A stretch of DNA of 64,000 bases from Kiritimatiellia bacterium (GTDB lineage: Bacteria; Verrucomicrobiota; Kiritimatiellia; CAIQIC01; Lenti-01), in contig JAFTAH010000072.1 of assembly GCA_017458625.1 (NCBI GenBank), positions 6,828 through 70,827 of the forward strand, given 5' to 3'. A model generated the notes under the pieces. That model was not told the DNA's origin. It did no database searches and saw only the letters and a program-made list of their open reading frames with translations. The translations under genes and the position numbers were made by a program. Within the stretch, counting starts at the first letter, position 1. Each line of letters starts with the position of its first letter. Of this stretch, positions 16,692 to 27,523 are shown piece after piece.

Positions 16692-17276
16692 TTATCGCCC
16701 GAGCTCGAAGGACTGCTGGTTGAGGACGAGGAACCTCGGCTTGATGAGGTCGGGGAAGACGGCGGCCACGTCGGCTTCGGTCAGGCCCAGGGCTCCGGAG
16801 CGGACGGCCTGGCCCAGCAGGAAGACGTTGAGGACACGCGCGGTCCCGAGTTCGCGGCGGCAACGGTCGCCGTCGCACAACAGGAGGTGTCCGGGGGCGA
16901 CGGCCTGCCGCAGGTAGTCGCACATGGTCTTGCCGTCGTAGGTCTGGCCGGCCAGCAGGGCGACCGTCGGCATGACGGCCCCCGTATTGGCGACGACCTG
17001 TCCGTCCGGCTTGAGCCAGGGCAGCATGCGGACGGTCTCGCCGGGCTCGAAGCCGATGAGCAGGTCCGCCTCGCCGCGTCCGATGAGCGGCGCATGGATG
17101 GGGTCGTCGCCGAACCGGAGGTTGCTGTAGACGCTACCGCCGCGCTGGGCCATGCCGATGGTTTCGGCGCTCATGACGTGCCAGCCCTTCCGCATGGCCG
17201 CCGCCGCAATCAGCTTCGAGGCCAGGATGGTGCCCTGCCCGCCTACGCCGCACAAGATGACATTCCGTATGCTCAT
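16692..17276 (-). CDS. iorB: indolepyruvate:ferredoxin oxidoreductase beta subunit
   Basis: MSIRNVILCGVGGQGTILASKLIAAAAMRKGWHVMSAETIGMAQRGGSV (pyruvate/ketoisovalerate oxidoreductase gamma-like domain), 194 aa. ATG at 17276 overlaps the iorA stop (ATGA). The rest of the 819-aa track ORF is antisense noise over iorA. Confidence 0.85.
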   Translation of the reverse strand: MSIRNVILCGVGGQGTILASKLIAAAAMRKGWHVMSAETIGMAQRGGSVYSNLRFGDDPIHAPLIGRGEADLLIGFEPGETVRMLPWLKPDGQVVANTGAVMPTVALLAGQTYDGKTMCDYLRQAVAPGHLLLCDGDRCRRELGTARVLNVFLLGQAVRSGALGLTEADVAAVFPDLIKPRFLVLNQQSFELGR

Positions 17277-19135
17277 GCCTGCTGTTCTCCCTTCCCGATG
17301 GCACCGACGGGGCAGAGCCCCGCGCACAGCCCGCATCCATTGCATTGCGTCTCGTCGATGACGGCGAGCTTCCGTCCCGAATCCGGCCGCTCCCGCAGCG
17401 AGAGGGCAGGGCAGCCGAGCTCCTTGGCGCAGCGGCCGCAGCCGATGCACCGATCGGGGTCCACGCGCAGGGCGGGGCCCGGCTTCGCGAGCACGGCGCA
17501 GGGCGACCGGAAGACGATGGCCTTGACACCCGGCTCCGCCGCCACGCGCCGGACGGTCGCCACCGCCGCAGGCAGGTCGAGCGGGTCGACCGTCTCGACC
17601 GTCGCCAGCCCGATGCCCCGCAGGATGCCCTCGATGGACACTCGGGGGGCGACGTCGCCGCGAATCGTCCGCCCGGTGCCCGGGTGCGGCTGGTGGCCAG
17701 TCATGGCGGTGGTGGAGTTGTCGAGCACCACAACCGTCAGGTCGGCCCCGCTGTAGACGGCGTTGACGATGCCCGTCAGGGCCGAGGCGAAGAACGTGGA
17801 ATCGCCCACGAAGGCGAAGCAGGTCGTGTCGGGTTCGACGCGCCAGACGCCCTGCGCAAGGGCGATGCCTGCCCCCATGCAGAGGCAGGTGTCCACCATG
17901 TCGAGCGGCCGGGCGTTGCCCAGCGTGTAGCAACCGATATCGCCGCAAAACAGGCTCTTTTTCCCCTTCATGGCCTGCTTGACCGCATAGAACGAAGCCC
18001 TGTGCGGACACCCCGCACACAAGACCGGCGGCCGCATCGGCAGCGGCGGCGGCACGGGCGGCTCCACGGTACCGCAAGAAACCTCTCCATCCGCCAAAAA
18101 GTCCCGGAGATAGGCCTTGACGAGCTCGACCGTGTTTTCGCCGTTGACGCGGGTGGTGCGCGTCAGGCGGCCGATGATCTTCACGGGCAGGTGGTGCTTG
18201 CCCACCACCTTGAGCAGTTCCTCCTCGAGCACCGAGTCGAGCTCCTCCAGGCAGAGCACGATATCGAGGCCCTCCAGAAAGGCCAGCGCGGCCTTTTCGG
18301 GGAACGGGTAGGGCGTGCCCACCTTGAAGAGGCGCGGCGTCTCCGTACGGCGGTCCAGCTCGTCCAGCGCCAGCGCCCAGCTGATGCCGCCCGCCACGAG
18401 GCCCAGCCGTCCGAACCGGGCACCGCGAGCCGCCACGACCGCGTTGAACGGGCTGTCGGACAGCTCCGCCGACAGCTCCTCGTTGCGGCGCACCAGCTTC
18501 TCGTGGTTGCGGTAGGACAGTCCCGGAAAGATGACCCAGCGCTGCGAGTCCTTCACGAAGCCTTCCGGTGCCACCGGCGGCGGCAGCTCCTCGTCGTCCA
18601 GCACCTCGACGACCGAATAGGCATGGCATACCCGCGTCGTCGGCCGCAGGAAGACCGGCGTCCCCCGCGCCTCGGACAGCTCGAACGCGGCCCGCACCAT
18701 GTCGTAGGCCTCCTGCACGGAGGACGGGTCGAAGCAGGGGATCTTCGCATGGCTGGCGAACCGCCGCGTGTCCTGCTCCGTCTGCGACGAGATGGGGCCC
18801 GGGTCGTCCGCCACCATCACCACCATACCGCCCTTCACGCCGATGTAGGCCAGGCACATCAGCGGATCCGAGGCCACATTGAGTCCCATCTGCTTCATGG
18901 TGACGAGGCTGCGCGCCCCCGCGTAGGAGGCCCCGGCCGCCGCCTCCAGCGCCGCCGTCTCGTTCACCGACCATTCCACATGGACGCCCCGCTCGCCCGA
19001 CGGCGGCGAGAACTTCGCGACGTTCTCCAGCGTCTCCGTCGACGGCGTGCCCGGATAGCCCGCCGCGAACCGCACGCCGGCCGCCACCGCTCCCTTGGCG
19101 ATGGCCGCATTGCCCATCAGAAATTCCTTGTGCAT
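17273..19135 (-). CDS. iorA: indolepyruvate:ferredoxin oxidoreductase alpha subunit (TPP-binding, two C-terminal 4Fe-4S clusters)
   Basis: MHKEFLMGNAAIAKGAVAAGVRFAAGYPGTPSTE N-terminus, TPP motif GDSTFF...N, C-terminal CIGCGRCAKELGCPA and CNGCGLCAGLCP. ATG at 19135. Confidence 0.88.
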   Translation of the reverse strand: MHKEFLMGNAAIAKGAVAAGVRFAAGYPGTPSTETLENVAKFSPPSGERGVHVEWSVNETAALEAAAGASYAGARSLVTMKQMGLNVASDPLMCLAYIGVKGGMVVMVADDPGPISSQTEQDTRRFASHAKIPCFDPSSVQEAYDMVRAAFELSEARGTPVFLRPTTRVCHAYSVVEVLDDEELPPPVAPEGFVKDSQRWVIFPGLSYRNHEKLVRRNEELSAELSDSPFNAVVAARGARFGRLGLVAGGISWALALDELDRRTETPRLFKVGTPYPFPEKAALAFLEGLDIVLCLEELDSVLEEELLKVVGKHHLPVKIIGRLTRTTRVNGENTVELVKAYLRDFLADGEVSCGTVEPPVPPPLPMRPPVLCAGCPHRASFYAVKQAMKGKKSLFCGDIGCYTLGNARPLDMVDTCLCMGAGIALAQGVWRVEPDTTCFAFVGDSTFFASALTGIVNAVYSGADLTVVVLDNSTTAMTGHQPHPGTGRTIRGDVAPRVSIEGILRGIGLATVETVDPLDLPAAVATVRRVAAEPGVKAIVFRSPCAVLAKPGPALRVDPDRCIGCGRCAKELGCPALSLRERPDSGRKLAVIDETQCNGCGLCAGLCPVGAIGKGEQQA

Positions 19136-19300
19136 ACCTTTGTTTCTCCAACCCTGCTCACGGGGCGCGCCCCCATTCTCTGTTCCGCCCCGCCCCCCGT
19201 CAAGTCCCATTGCCGCGCCGTGCTCCCCTAGGCCCCGCACCTGGCCCCATGAGCAGCCGAGCACGGCCCGCCCCCCCAAAATCGCTGTGTCAGTTTCGTG

Positions 19301-19352
19301 AATTTTATAGAAAATCTAGACAATCTAGGATTCTAGGATTCTAGTTTTCTGG
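19301..19352. repeat. CTAG-periodic repeat R2
   Basis: aaaaTCTAGacaaTCTAGgaTTCTAGgaTTCTAGttTTCTgg; lies in the divergent iorA/ftsA intergenic region. Confidence 0.8.
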
Positions 19353-19459
19353 GGGGCAGGTGCCCCCGGCGGCAGGTGGCGCGACGCGTGCGGCTTGGGA
19401 GTTGCTCCGGGAGGTAGGCTTTGGTATTCTGCGGGGGTTCAACGAAAGCACCAAGGCGT

Positions 19460-20650
19460 ATGACTCTCGATCCCATCGTCGTCCTCGACATCGGCACCAG
19501 CCGAGTGCGCGCACTCGTCGCGGAGGAGAATCCCGACGGCAAGAACCCCGGCCGGCTGGAGGTCACAGGCTACGGGGACTATCCCTCCGCCGGCATCTGC
19601 AAGGGGGCCTGCATCCACATCGATGACGCGGCCGAAGCCATCCGCGCCGCCATCAAGGATGCGTCGACCGCCGCCAGCGTCACCACGCGGGCCGTGCATC
19701 TTCCGCTCACGGGCGTCGGCATCGACTCCACGCCGGTCCATCAGGAACTGGTCGTCAATGGCGAGATCCAGCCCGAGCACATCGAGGAGATCAAGGCACA
19801 TGCGCGCGAGGCGGTACGGCCCGGCGACGCCCTCCTGCACAACGTGGTTCGCCAGTACGCGGTGGACGGCATTCCCGGCGACCTGCCCGTCGGCGTGCTG
19901 TGCAAGACCCTTTCGCTGGATGCGCTCCTCATCCACGGCCCCCATGCGCGGCTGCTCAATCTGGTGCACGTCCTGGAACGCCTCAAGATCGAGCTGGCGT
20001 CGCCCTTCTTCTCCGGGCTCTGCGCCTCGATTTCGTCGCTGACCGGCGAGCAGAAGCGCGACGGCGCATTGCTGATCGACCTGGGCGCGGGCACGACGGA
20101 CTTCGTGGCCTATGCCAACGCGCAGATGGCGGATGCCGGCGTCTTGCCGGTGGGAGGCGACCAGCTGACCAACGACATCGCGGCAGCGTTCCACCTGCCG
20201 GTGCGAACGGCGGAAGCCCTCAAGCGGGCGCACGCGCAGGCGACCCTCAACGTCACGACGCGCACCCAGCGCGTGCAAACCAGCGACATGACCTCCGTCA
20301 AGCTCTTCGACCTCCAGCAGGTCGCCAACTGCCGCATGACGGAGACGTTCACGCTCATCCGCGACCGTCTGCGCCAGAAGGGGCTCCTCTCGCAGCTGCG
20401 GGCGGGGGTCGTCCTGTCCGGCGGCGGAGCGCTGCTGGCCGATGTCGTGACGCTGGCCTCGGACATCTTCGAGCTGCCGGCCGCCATTGCCGAGCCTACC
20501 CTGCCCGGCACCCTCCACGACCCGGCCCACGGCCCGCAGATGGCCACCATCCTCGGGGCCGTCTCCCTCGCCTACGACGAGCAGCTCGAGGCCGTCGCGA
20601 ACCAGAAGACCGTCTGGCGCGGCATCAAGCACTTCTTCGGTTTCTCCTGA
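19460..20650 (+). CDS. ftsA: cell division protein FtsA (actin-like ATPase)
   Basis: IVVLDIGTSRVRALVAE phosphate-1 motif, DLGAGTTD phosphate-2. Immediately upstream of ftsZ. ATG at 19460. Confidence 0.85.
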   Translation: MTLDPIVVLDIGTSRVRALVAEENPDGKNPGRLEVTGYGDYPSAGICKGACIHIDDAAEAIRAAIKDASTAASVTTRAVHLPLTGVGIDSTPVHQELVVNGEIQPEHIEEIKAHAREAVRPGDALLHNVVRQYAVDGIPGDLPVGVLCKTLSLDALLIHGPHARLLNLVHVLERLKIELASPFFSGLCASISSLTGEQKRDGALLIDLGAGTTDFVAYANAQMADAGVLPVGGDQLTNDIAAAFHLPVRTAEALKRAHAQATLNVTTRTQRVQTSDMTSVKLFDLQQVANCRMTETFTLIRDRLRQKGLLSQLRAGVVLSGGGALLADVVTLASDIFELPAAIAEPTLPGTLHDPAHGPQMATILGAVSLAYDEQLEAVANQKTVWRGIKHFFGFS

Positions 20651-20728
20651 GGTCGCCATCGCCCACTCCTCTTTCCCCTTGAACCTTCGATAACCCCGCC
20701 ATCCGCCGCCCTTCCGCCCTTCACCGCC

Positions 20729-22006
20729 ATGCAACCCACTTCCTCCGCCGATTCCGTCTTCCCCTCCGCCACCGCGCCCAACCTGCCCCCGCCGCCCGGC
20801 ACGTCGCAGTCGCTTCTGCTCCTGGCGGTAGGCGGCGGCGCCGCAGCCGTCCTGCCGCGCATCCTGGAAGGCTGGCCGAACCCGCCCGACGCGGCCGCCA
20901 TCGACACCGACCAGCTCGCCATCGACGCGACGTCCCTCCCCCGCGCCTGCGTCATCGGCCACAATGCCACGCGGTCGCATTCCGCCGGCGGCGACCCCTC
21001 CATCGGGCTGCTGGCCGCCAAGTCGGACACCGAACGCATCCGCTCGCTGCTGGCCGGCCACAACGTCCTGGTGCTGCTGGCCTGCCTCGGCGGCGGCACG
21101 GCCTCGGGCGCGGCCCCCTACGTCGCGCAGCTCGCCCGCGACGCCGGCCTGCTCGTCGTCGCCTTCGTCACCACCCCCTTCGACATCGAGGGCCAGCGCC
21201 GCGCCGACTGCGCCGCCGACGCCATCGAGGCCCTCCGCCACGCCTCCGACATCGTCATCCGCCTCCCCAACCAGGCCCTCCACGCCCTGCTGCCGCCCGA
21301 CACCCCCCTCGCCGACTCCTTCGCCTTCGTCAACCGCATGCTGACCGCCGCCATTCGGTCGCTCTGGACCCTGCTCGCCCGCGAGAACATCCTCAACATC
21401 GACATCTCCGACCTCCAGTTCCTCGTCGAGAACTCCGGCAACGAATGCCGCTTCGGCTACGCCGAGGCCAGCGGCCGCGACCGCGCGGCCACCGCCGTCC
21501 GCATCCTGCTCGACGGCCCGATGCTCGAACATGCCCGCCAGCTGGCCAACGCGGGGGCCATCCTGCTGTCCGTGCTGGGCGACCCGACCCTGACGCTGGC
21601 CGAGCTGTCGGCCATCCAGACCGCCGTCCGCGACCGGGCGCGTGACGGGGCGCAGATTCTCGTCAGCGCGGCCATCCTGCCCAACTGGACGGGCCAGCTG
21701 GCCATCGTCCTGCTGGCGGCCAACAACGCCCCCGCCGCCTACGTCCGCCCGGCGCCCCCGGCCCCCGCCGGTACCGTTGCCGCATCGGCCGCCCCGCGCC
21801 CCCACTCCTCTTCCCGTCGCGCCCGCAAGACTGGCCAAGGTGGACAAGGCACGCTCTTCTCCGCCCAGGATGCGGAAGCTGACGCCGCTCAAACCGCCGA
21901 ATCCGCTCCGTCCCCGGCTGACGGCGAACCCATCGGCGGCTTCCCCCCCGCCTCCCTGCTCGACACCCCCGCCTTCCAGCGTCAAGGCCTCCGCTTCTCC
22001 AAGTAG
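20729..22006 (+). CDS. ftsZ: cell division protein FtsZ, divergent type (GGGTASG instead of GGGTGSG), with long Pro/Ala-rich C-terminal tail
   Basis: LLACLGGGTASGAAPYVAQLARDAGLLVVAFVTTPFDIEGQRR corresponds to the tubulin signature and T7 region. Gene order ftsA-ftsZ. Confidence 0.85.
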   Translation: MQPTSSADSVFPSATAPNLPPPPGTSQSLLLLAVGGGAAAVLPRILEGWPNPPDAAAIDTDQLAIDATSLPRACVIGHNATRSHSAGGDPSIGLLAAKSDTERIRSLLAGHNVLVLLACLGGGTASGAAPYVAQLARDAGLLVVAFVTTPFDIEGQRRADCAADAIEALRHASDIVIRLPNQALHALLPPDTPLADSFAFVNRMLTAAIRSLWTLLARENILNIDISDLQFLVENSGNECRFGYAEASGRDRAATAVRILLDGPMLEHARQLANAGAILLSVLGDPTLTLAELSAIQTAVRDRARDGAQILVSAAILPNWTGQLAIVLLAANNAPAAYVRPAPPAPAGTVAASAAPRPHSSSRRARKTGQGGQGTLFSAQDAEADAAQTAESAPSPADGEPIGGFPPASLLDTPAFQRQGLRFSK

Positions 22007-22215
22007 CGAAGCTTCACATACTCCGCCTCTTGCCATTGCTCCTTTCCCCTCGGCGAGGAAGGGGCACCTGCTGCATCCTCGTTGCATTTCCACAAGACGC
22101 GATCTTCCCCATGTTTCACCGTAAACTCACGACCATTCGTATCGTTTCCCTGCCCTTCCAAGGGTAAACGGCATCTAATTCTGCCTTGTCTCCAAGCCAG
22201 ACCCAAGCGGCAAGG

Positions 22216-24657
22216 TCAGAAGTCGAGGGGGAGAGGAGTGCGGGGGACGGGGAGGAGAAGAGGGAGATGAAGGGCGGAGAGGCGGTCGAGAACTTCGGGG
22301 GCGGGAGTGCGGGCCTTGATGGAGGCGGACTGGGTGCCAATGGCCAGGGAGGGGGCCACGGCCTTTAGCCACGGGATGGAGGAGGCGTCGGCCGCGCTGC
22401 CGCGGCCCAGCAGGATGGTGTCGGCGCGAGGAGGCGGAAAGAGGTCGGGGTTGGAGAGGGAGAGGTCGAGGTAGTGGCGTTCGAGGGCTCCGCCGAAGTC
22501 GGTGCAGGCGAGGACGGAGCGGCCGTGGGAGGTGAGGCGGAGGAGGAGGGCGGCATCGTCGGAAGCGGAAAGATGGATGTCGGCGGGTGGCCAGAGGACC
22601 TCGGCGGTGGTACCGGGGGGCATGGGGAGGCGGTCGCCGGCGGCGTAGCGGACGAGGGGCGGGAGGTCGGGGCGCGCGGCGAAGAGCTCGAGCCAGCGGG
22701 CGGTGGCGGTGCAGTTCCAGACGCGGGCGGGGAGGAAGACGGCACGGACGGGGAAGGCGTCGAGGATGGCCGGGACGGCACCGATGTGCTCGGTGTCGAT
22801 GTGGGAAAGGACCAGTGCGTCGAGGTGGTTGACGCCGATGGCACGGAGCTGGCGGAGGACGACGGGCGCACGGAAGGCGGGGCCGGTGTCGATGAGGGTG
22901 ACATGGCGACCGTGGCGGTAGAGAAGGGCCTGGCCGGGGGTGGCGTCGAGGACGTAGAGGCGGTTTTCGGTGCCATGGCGGAAGAAAAAGGCGGCAGCGA
23001 GGAGGGCCAAGGCAAGGAAGGTGCTGGCCGCCGTCAGGCGGGGACGGCGGCGGAAGAAGAGGCAGCCGAGGAGGAGAATGGCAGCCCAGAGGACAAGGAA
23101 GAACAGGGAGGAGGAAGGCGCGTAGAAGTGGCCGCCGGGCAGGTCGGAGGCCCAGCGGACGACTCGGGCGAGGAGGTTGGCCAGGGTGGTGGAGGACTGG
23201 ACGAAGGGCAGAGCCAGGACGGGATGGATGACGGAGGCAAGCAGGGCCAGGACACCGCCCAGCAGAATGAAGTAGGCGGCGGGAATGACGAGGAGGTTCA
23301 GGAGCGGGGCGACGGGGGAGACGAGATTAAAGAAGTAGAGGGTGAGGGGCGCGGTGGCCACCCAGACGGAGAGGCCCAGGACAAAGCTGTCGACAGGGAA
23401 GGCCCAGAGGGGGCGGGCATCGTCGCGGTCGGAACGCGGGGGCCGGGCACGCCAGGGATCACCGGGCAGAAGGCGGGCGGCAAGGCGGGCGAAGATGGGC
23501 TGGAGGGCCAGAATGCCACCGACGGCGGCAAAGGAGAGGATAAAACCCATGTTGGCGAGGTCGCCCGGGGAGACGAGGAGGATGAAGAAGGCTGCCAGCG
23601 CCAGGGCAGAGGGGGCATCGGGGCGGCGGCGGATGGCCGGGGCGGCGTGGAGGCAGCCGAGCATGATGGCGGCACGGACGGCCGAGGCGGAGGCACCGGT
23701 CATCACGACGTAGATGGCCAGAATCGGAACAAGAAACCAGAGCCGGCGATGGATGGGAATGCAGCAGATCTTCATCAGGACGAGGAGGAAGGAGCAAATG
23801 ATGCCTACATGGGCGCCGGAAATGGCGAAGATATGGATGGTGCCGGTGGCGGAAAAGTCTTCGCGGAGGGGCTCGGGAATATCCTGGCGGTAGCCGAGGA
23901 GCAGGGCCTGGACCATGGCGGCACCGGGCTGCTGGTCCTCGACGCCGCGCGACAGGACACGGCGGCAGGCGCGGCGACGTTCGGCGCACCAGCGGAGGAA
24001 GGGGTTGCCGCCGCCGGTGGCGAGACGGGTGGCGCGATCGGCGTCGACGATGGCCTCGTTGCGGGGCAGCCGGAAGAAGCCGCAACGGACGAGATGGGCG
24101 GGCTCGAGGATGCCGCGCATTTCCCAGGTGTCACCGTAGCGGGGGGCAGGAAGATGGTGTTCGCGGGGGCTCTGGAGGACGACGCGGACGGGTTCGTCGC
24201 AGGGGAGCCAGCGGCCGGTGCGGTCGAGTTGCTGGAGGCGGCCCGTGAAGATATAGGCCTCGCGGCGGGAGATGCCGGGGGGACGCAGGACGGCATCCTC
24301 GGTGGCCAGGAGACGGAAGCGGACGTATTCGCTCTGGCGGACGAGAAGACGGGAAAGGGCGGCGGGGCCGGCCGGGAAAACGGTCAGGCGGGCGTCGGCG
24401 GCGCCCAGGAGGGTCAGGGCGAGGTAGAGGAGCGGAGTGGTCCAGGCGTGGGCGTAGGTGACGAGCGAGAGGATGGCGATGGCGGCGGCGAGGGCCAGGG
24501 CGAGCGGGATGGAAACCGGGACGACCAGGCCGACGAAAACCCCGAGGATAAAGGCAAGGGCAAGCCAGGCGGCCGTGCGGCGGCGGGGACGACGGCGACA
24601 GGCGGCGGCGTTGGCCGCGGGGTCGTCCCATTCCTCGTCGAGGCGCCAGAACTCCAT
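22216..24657 (-). CDS. comEC: DNA internalization competence protein ComEC/Rec2 (polytopic membrane domain + C-terminal metallo-beta-lactamase domain)
   Basis: HIFAISGAHVGIICSFLLVL competence-domain motif; C-terminal LIDTGPAF...VLSHIDTEHIGAVPAIL beta-lactamase fold. ATG at 24657 (MEFWRLDEEW). Upstream part of the 1045-aa track ORF is noise. Confidence 0.85.
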   Translation of the reverse strand: MEFWRLDEEWDDPAANAAACRRRPRRRTAAWLALAFILGVFVGLVVPVSIPLALALAAAIAILSLVTYAHAWTTPLLYLALTLLGAADARLTVFPAGPAALSRLLVRQSEYVRFRLLATEDAVLRPPGISRREAYIFTGRLQQLDRTGRWLPCDEPVRVVLQSPREHHLPAPRYGDTWEMRGILEPAHLVRCGFFRLPRNEAIVDADRATRLATGGGNPFLRWCAERRRACRRVLSRGVEDQQPGAAMVQALLLGYRQDIPEPLREDFSATGTIHIFAISGAHVGIICSFLLVLMKICCIPIHRRLWFLVPILAIYVVMTGASASAVRAAIMLGCLHAAPAIRRRPDAPSALALAAFFILLVSPGDLANMGFILSFAAVGGILALQPIFARLAARLLPGDPWRARPPRSDRDDARPLWAFPVDSFVLGLSVWVATAPLTLYFFNLVSPVAPLLNLLVIPAAYFILLGGVLALLASVIHPVLALPFVQSSTTLANLLARVVRWASDLPGGHFYAPSSSLFFLVLWAAILLLGCLFFRRRPRLTAASTFLALALLAAAFFFRHGTENRLYVLDATPGQALLYRHGRHVTLIDTGPAFRAPVVLRQLRAIGVNHLDALVLSHIDTEHIGAVPAILDAFPVRAVFLPARVWNCTATARWLELFAARPDLPPLVRYAAGDRLPMPPGTTAEVLWPPADIHLSASDDAALLLRLTSHGRSVLACTDFGGALERHYLDLSLSNPDLFPPPRADTILLGRGSAADASSIPWLKAVAPSLAIGTQSASIKARTPAPEVLDRLSALHLPLLLPVPRTPLPLDF

Positions 24658-24680
24658 GGGCCTGCCTCGAGGGAGAGGGC

Positions 24681-25688
24681 TCAGACGTGGTAGTAGGCGC
24701 GATACCACTCGACGAAGCGGGAGATGCCGACGTCGAGAGGGGTGGAGGGGGCAAAGCCGACGGCCTGCTGGAGGTCGGAAACGTCCGCGTAGGTGGCGGC
24801 GACGTCGCCGGGCTGCATGGGGAGGTTGTTGCGGATGGCGGAGCGGCCAACGGCACGCTCGATGAGGGCGATGAAGGTGTCGAGCTCGACGGGCGTGTGG
24901 TTGCCGATGTTGTAGACGCGGAAGGGGGCGGAGGAGCGGCCGGGGTCGGGACGAGCAGGGTCGACGGCGGGGTCGGGGGCGGCGATCTGGTCGCTGGTGC
25001 GGACGACGCCGGCGACGATGTCGTCGATGTAGGTGAAATCGCGGCGCATGCGGCCGTGGTTGTAGACGTCGATGGGACGCCCTTCGAGGATGGCGCGGGT
25101 GAACTTGAAGAGGGCCATGTCGGGGCGCCCCCAGGGGCCATAGACGGTGAAGAAGCGGAGGCCGGTGGTGGGAAGGGCGAAGAGATGCGAGTAGACGTGG
25201 GCCATGAGCTCGTTGGCCTTCTTGGTGGCGGCGTAGAGGGAGACCGGATGGTCGACGTCGTCGTGGACGGAGAAGGGCATCTTGGTGTTGAGGCCGTAGA
25301 CGGAGGAGCTGGAGGCGTAGGTGAGATGGGGGGTGCGGGCGTGACGGCAGCATTCGAGGATGTTTCCGAAGCCGACAAGGTTGCTTTGGACGTAGGTGTC
25401 CGGGTGGTCGATGGAGTAGCGGACGCCAGCCTGGGCGGCAAGATGGACGACGCGGTCGAAGGCGTGGTCGGCAAAGAGCTGCTGCAACGCCGGGGCATCC
25501 TCGACGGCGAGATGGTGGAAGGACCAGCCGGGACGGCCCTCTAGACGCGCCAGGCGGTCCTGCTTGAGGCGGACGTCGTAGTAGTCGTTGAGGTTGTCGA
25601 GGCCGACCACGCGGTCGCCCCGGGCGAGGAAGGCCTCGCAGACGTGGTAGCCGATGAAACCTGCCGCGCCTGTCACCAAGATGTCCAT
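24681..25688 (-). CDS. NAD-dependent nucleotide-sugar epimerase/dehydratase (UDP-glucuronate 4-epimerase-like, SDR family)
   Basis: MDILVTGAAGFIGYHV Rossmann motif, YxxxK in SLYAATKKANE. ATG at 25688. Confidence 0.85.
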   Translation of the reverse strand: MDILVTGAAGFIGYHVCEAFLARGDRVVGLDNLNDYYDVRLKQDRLARLEGRPGWSFHHLAVEDAPALQQLFADHAFDRVVHLAAQAGVRYSIDHPDTYVQSNLVGFGNILECCRHARTPHLTYASSSSVYGLNTKMPFSVHDDVDHPVSLYAATKKANELMAHVYSHLFALPTTGLRFFTVYGPWGRPDMALFKFTRAILEGRPIDVYNHGRMRRDFTYIDDIVAGVVRTSDQIAAPDPAVDPARPDPGRSSAPFRVYNIGNHTPVELDTFIALIERAVGRSAIRNNLPMQPGDVAATYADVSDLQQAVGFAPSTPLDVGISRFVEWYRAYYHV

Positions 25689-25871
25689 TGCCGACTCCTT
25701 TAGCCCCCGGTTGAATGTGTGGAAATGTTCATAGCACAGACGGAAGGAATACGCAACGACAAATGGATGGGCAAAGCACGTCCGGGCCACATTCCCCCTT
25801 GCCCCTCTCCGGCGGATGGCGTATCGTCCGCCCATCACCATTTTCCATCCCCATCGGAAGGAGTCTTCCCC

Positions 25872-27506
25872 ATGTCCGCACTCGTCCAATCCCCCGAATG
25901 GCAAGCCCTCCAGGCCCACCACGACGCCATCGTCCCCTTCTCGCTCCGCCAGGCCTTCGCCGACGACCCCGCCCGCGCCGCCGACTTCACCGCCGAGGCC
26001 TGCGGCTGGATTCTCGACTACTCCAAGAACCTCGTCACCCGCGACACTCTCCGCCTTCTCTTCGCCCTCGCCCGCGCCCGCCGCGTCGAGGCCGCCCGCG
26101 ATGCCATGTTCACCGGCGAAAAGATCAACGTCACCGAAAACCGCGCCGTCCTCCACACCGCCCTCCGCAACCGCTCCGGCGCCCCCGTCTACGTCGACGG
26201 CCAGGACGTCATGCCCGGCGTCCGCGCCGTCCTGGCGAAGATGGCCACCTTCGCCGACGCCGTCCGCTCCGGCACCTGGAAAGGCTGCACCGGCAAGCCC
26301 ATCGCCGATGTCGTGAACATCGGCATCGGCGGCTCCGACCTCGGCCCCGCCATGGCCACCGCCGCCCTCCAGCACTACGCCCACCCCACCCTCCGCTTCC
26401 ACTTCGTCTCCAACATCGACGGCACCCACCTCGCCGAGACCCTCAAGCCCCTCGACCCCGAAACCACCCTCTTCCTCATCGCCTCCAAGACCTTCACCAC
26501 CCTGGAGACCATGACCAACGCCGTCTCCGCCCGCGAATGGCTCCTCCGCGGCGTCCCCGCCGACCCCGCCCGCCCTGACGCCCCCGTCGCCCGCCACTTC
26601 GTCGCCATCTCCACGGCAGCCGACAAGGTCGCCGCGTTCGGCATCGACACCGCCAACATGTTCGAGTTCTGGGACTGGGTCGGCGGCCGCTACTCCCTCC
26701 CCTCCGCCATCGGCCTCTCGCTGATGATCGCCATCGGCCCCGAGCGCTTCCTGGAGATGCTCGACGGCTACCACGCCATGGACTGCCATTTCCGCACGGC
26801 CCCGCTTGAGCGGAACCTCCCGGTCATCCTGGCGCTGCTCGGCATCTGGTATCGCAACTTCTGCGGTGCCCAGTCCACTGCCCTCCTCCCCTACGACCAG
26901 TACCTCGCCCGCTTCGCCGCCTACTTCCAGCAGGGTGACATGGAGTCCAACGGCAAGCGCATCGACCAGTCCGGCGCCGTCGTCGACTACCAGACCGGCC
27001 CCATCGTCTGGGGCGAGCCCGGCACCAACGGCCAGCACGCCTTCTACCAGCTCCTCCACCAGGGCACCAGCCTCGTTCCCTGCGACTTCATCGGCTTCGC
27101 CACCTCCCTCAACCCCGTCGGCGACCACCACCCCAAGCTCATGGCCAACTTCTTCGCCCAGACCGCCGCGCTCGCCTTCGGCAAGACCGCCGACGAATGC
27201 CGCGCCGAGGGCGTTCCCGAGTCCTTGGTCCCCCACAAGACCTTCCCTGGCAACAAGCCCACCAACACTCTGCTCGCCAAGACCCTCACCCCCTACTCCT
27301 TCGGCGCCCTCGTCGCCCTCTACGAACACAAGATCTTCACCCAGGGCGTCATCTGGAACATCTACTCCTTCGACCAGTGGGGCGTCCAGCTCGGCAAGGT
27401 CCTCGCCTCCTCCATCCTCCCCGACCTCCTCGACCCCGCCCGCACCCCCGCCCACGACCCCTCCACCAACGCCCTCATCGCCCGCTACCACGCCCTCCGC
27501 GCCTGA
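25872..27506 (+). CDS. pgi: glucose-6-phosphate isomerase
   Basis: [19 protein letters not shown] and other PGI signatures. ATG at 25872 ([14 protein letters not shown]). Confidence 0.9.
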   Translation: MSALVQSPEWQALQAHHDAIVPFSLRQAFADDPARAADFTAEACGWILDYSKNLVTRDTLRLLFALARARRVEAARDAMFTGEKINVTENRAVLHTALRNRSGAPVYVDGQDVMPGVRAVLAKMATFADAVRSGTWKGCTGKPIADVVNIGIGGSDLGPAMATAALQHYAHPTLRFHFVSNIDGTHLAETLKPLDPETTLFLIASKTFTTLETMTNAVSAREWLLRGVPADPARPDAPVARHFVAISTAADKVAAFGIDTANMFEFWDWVGGRYSLPSAIGLSLMIAIGPERFLEMLDGYHAMDCHFRTAPLERNLPVILALLGIWYRNFCGAQSTALLPYDQYLARFAAYFQQGDMESNGKRIDQSGAVVDYQTGPIVWGEPGTNGQHAFYQLLHQGTSLVPCDFIGFATSLNPVGDHHPKLMANFFAQTAALAFGKTADECRAEGVPESLVPHKTFPGNKPTNTLLAKTLTPYSFGALVALYEHKIFTQGVIWNIYSFDQWGVQLGKVLASSILPDLLDPARTPAHDPSTNALIARYHALRA

Positions 27507-27523
27507 TTCCCCGCCTCCGGAAC

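Noticed and set aside
16692-19151. 819-aa ORF presented as one gene
   Set aside because: Only the last 194 aa (16692-17276) are iorB. The remainder is Gly/Arg/Ala-rich antisense reading of iorA, which occupies 17273-19135 in another frame with clear TPP and ferredoxin motifs.
22006-22216. Hairpin CCCCTCGGCGAGGAAGGGG between convergent ftsZ and comEC as terminator
   Set aside because: 5-bp stem with a 9-nt loop and no U-tract on either strand. Not convincing.
22216-25353. 1045-aa ORF and the overlapping + strand 739-aa ORF (22474-24693)
   Set aside because: The 5' 230 aa of the minus ORF is Pro/Arg-rich GC noise. ComEC begins at ATG 24657. The + strand ORF is Gly/Glu/Ala-rich antisense noise.
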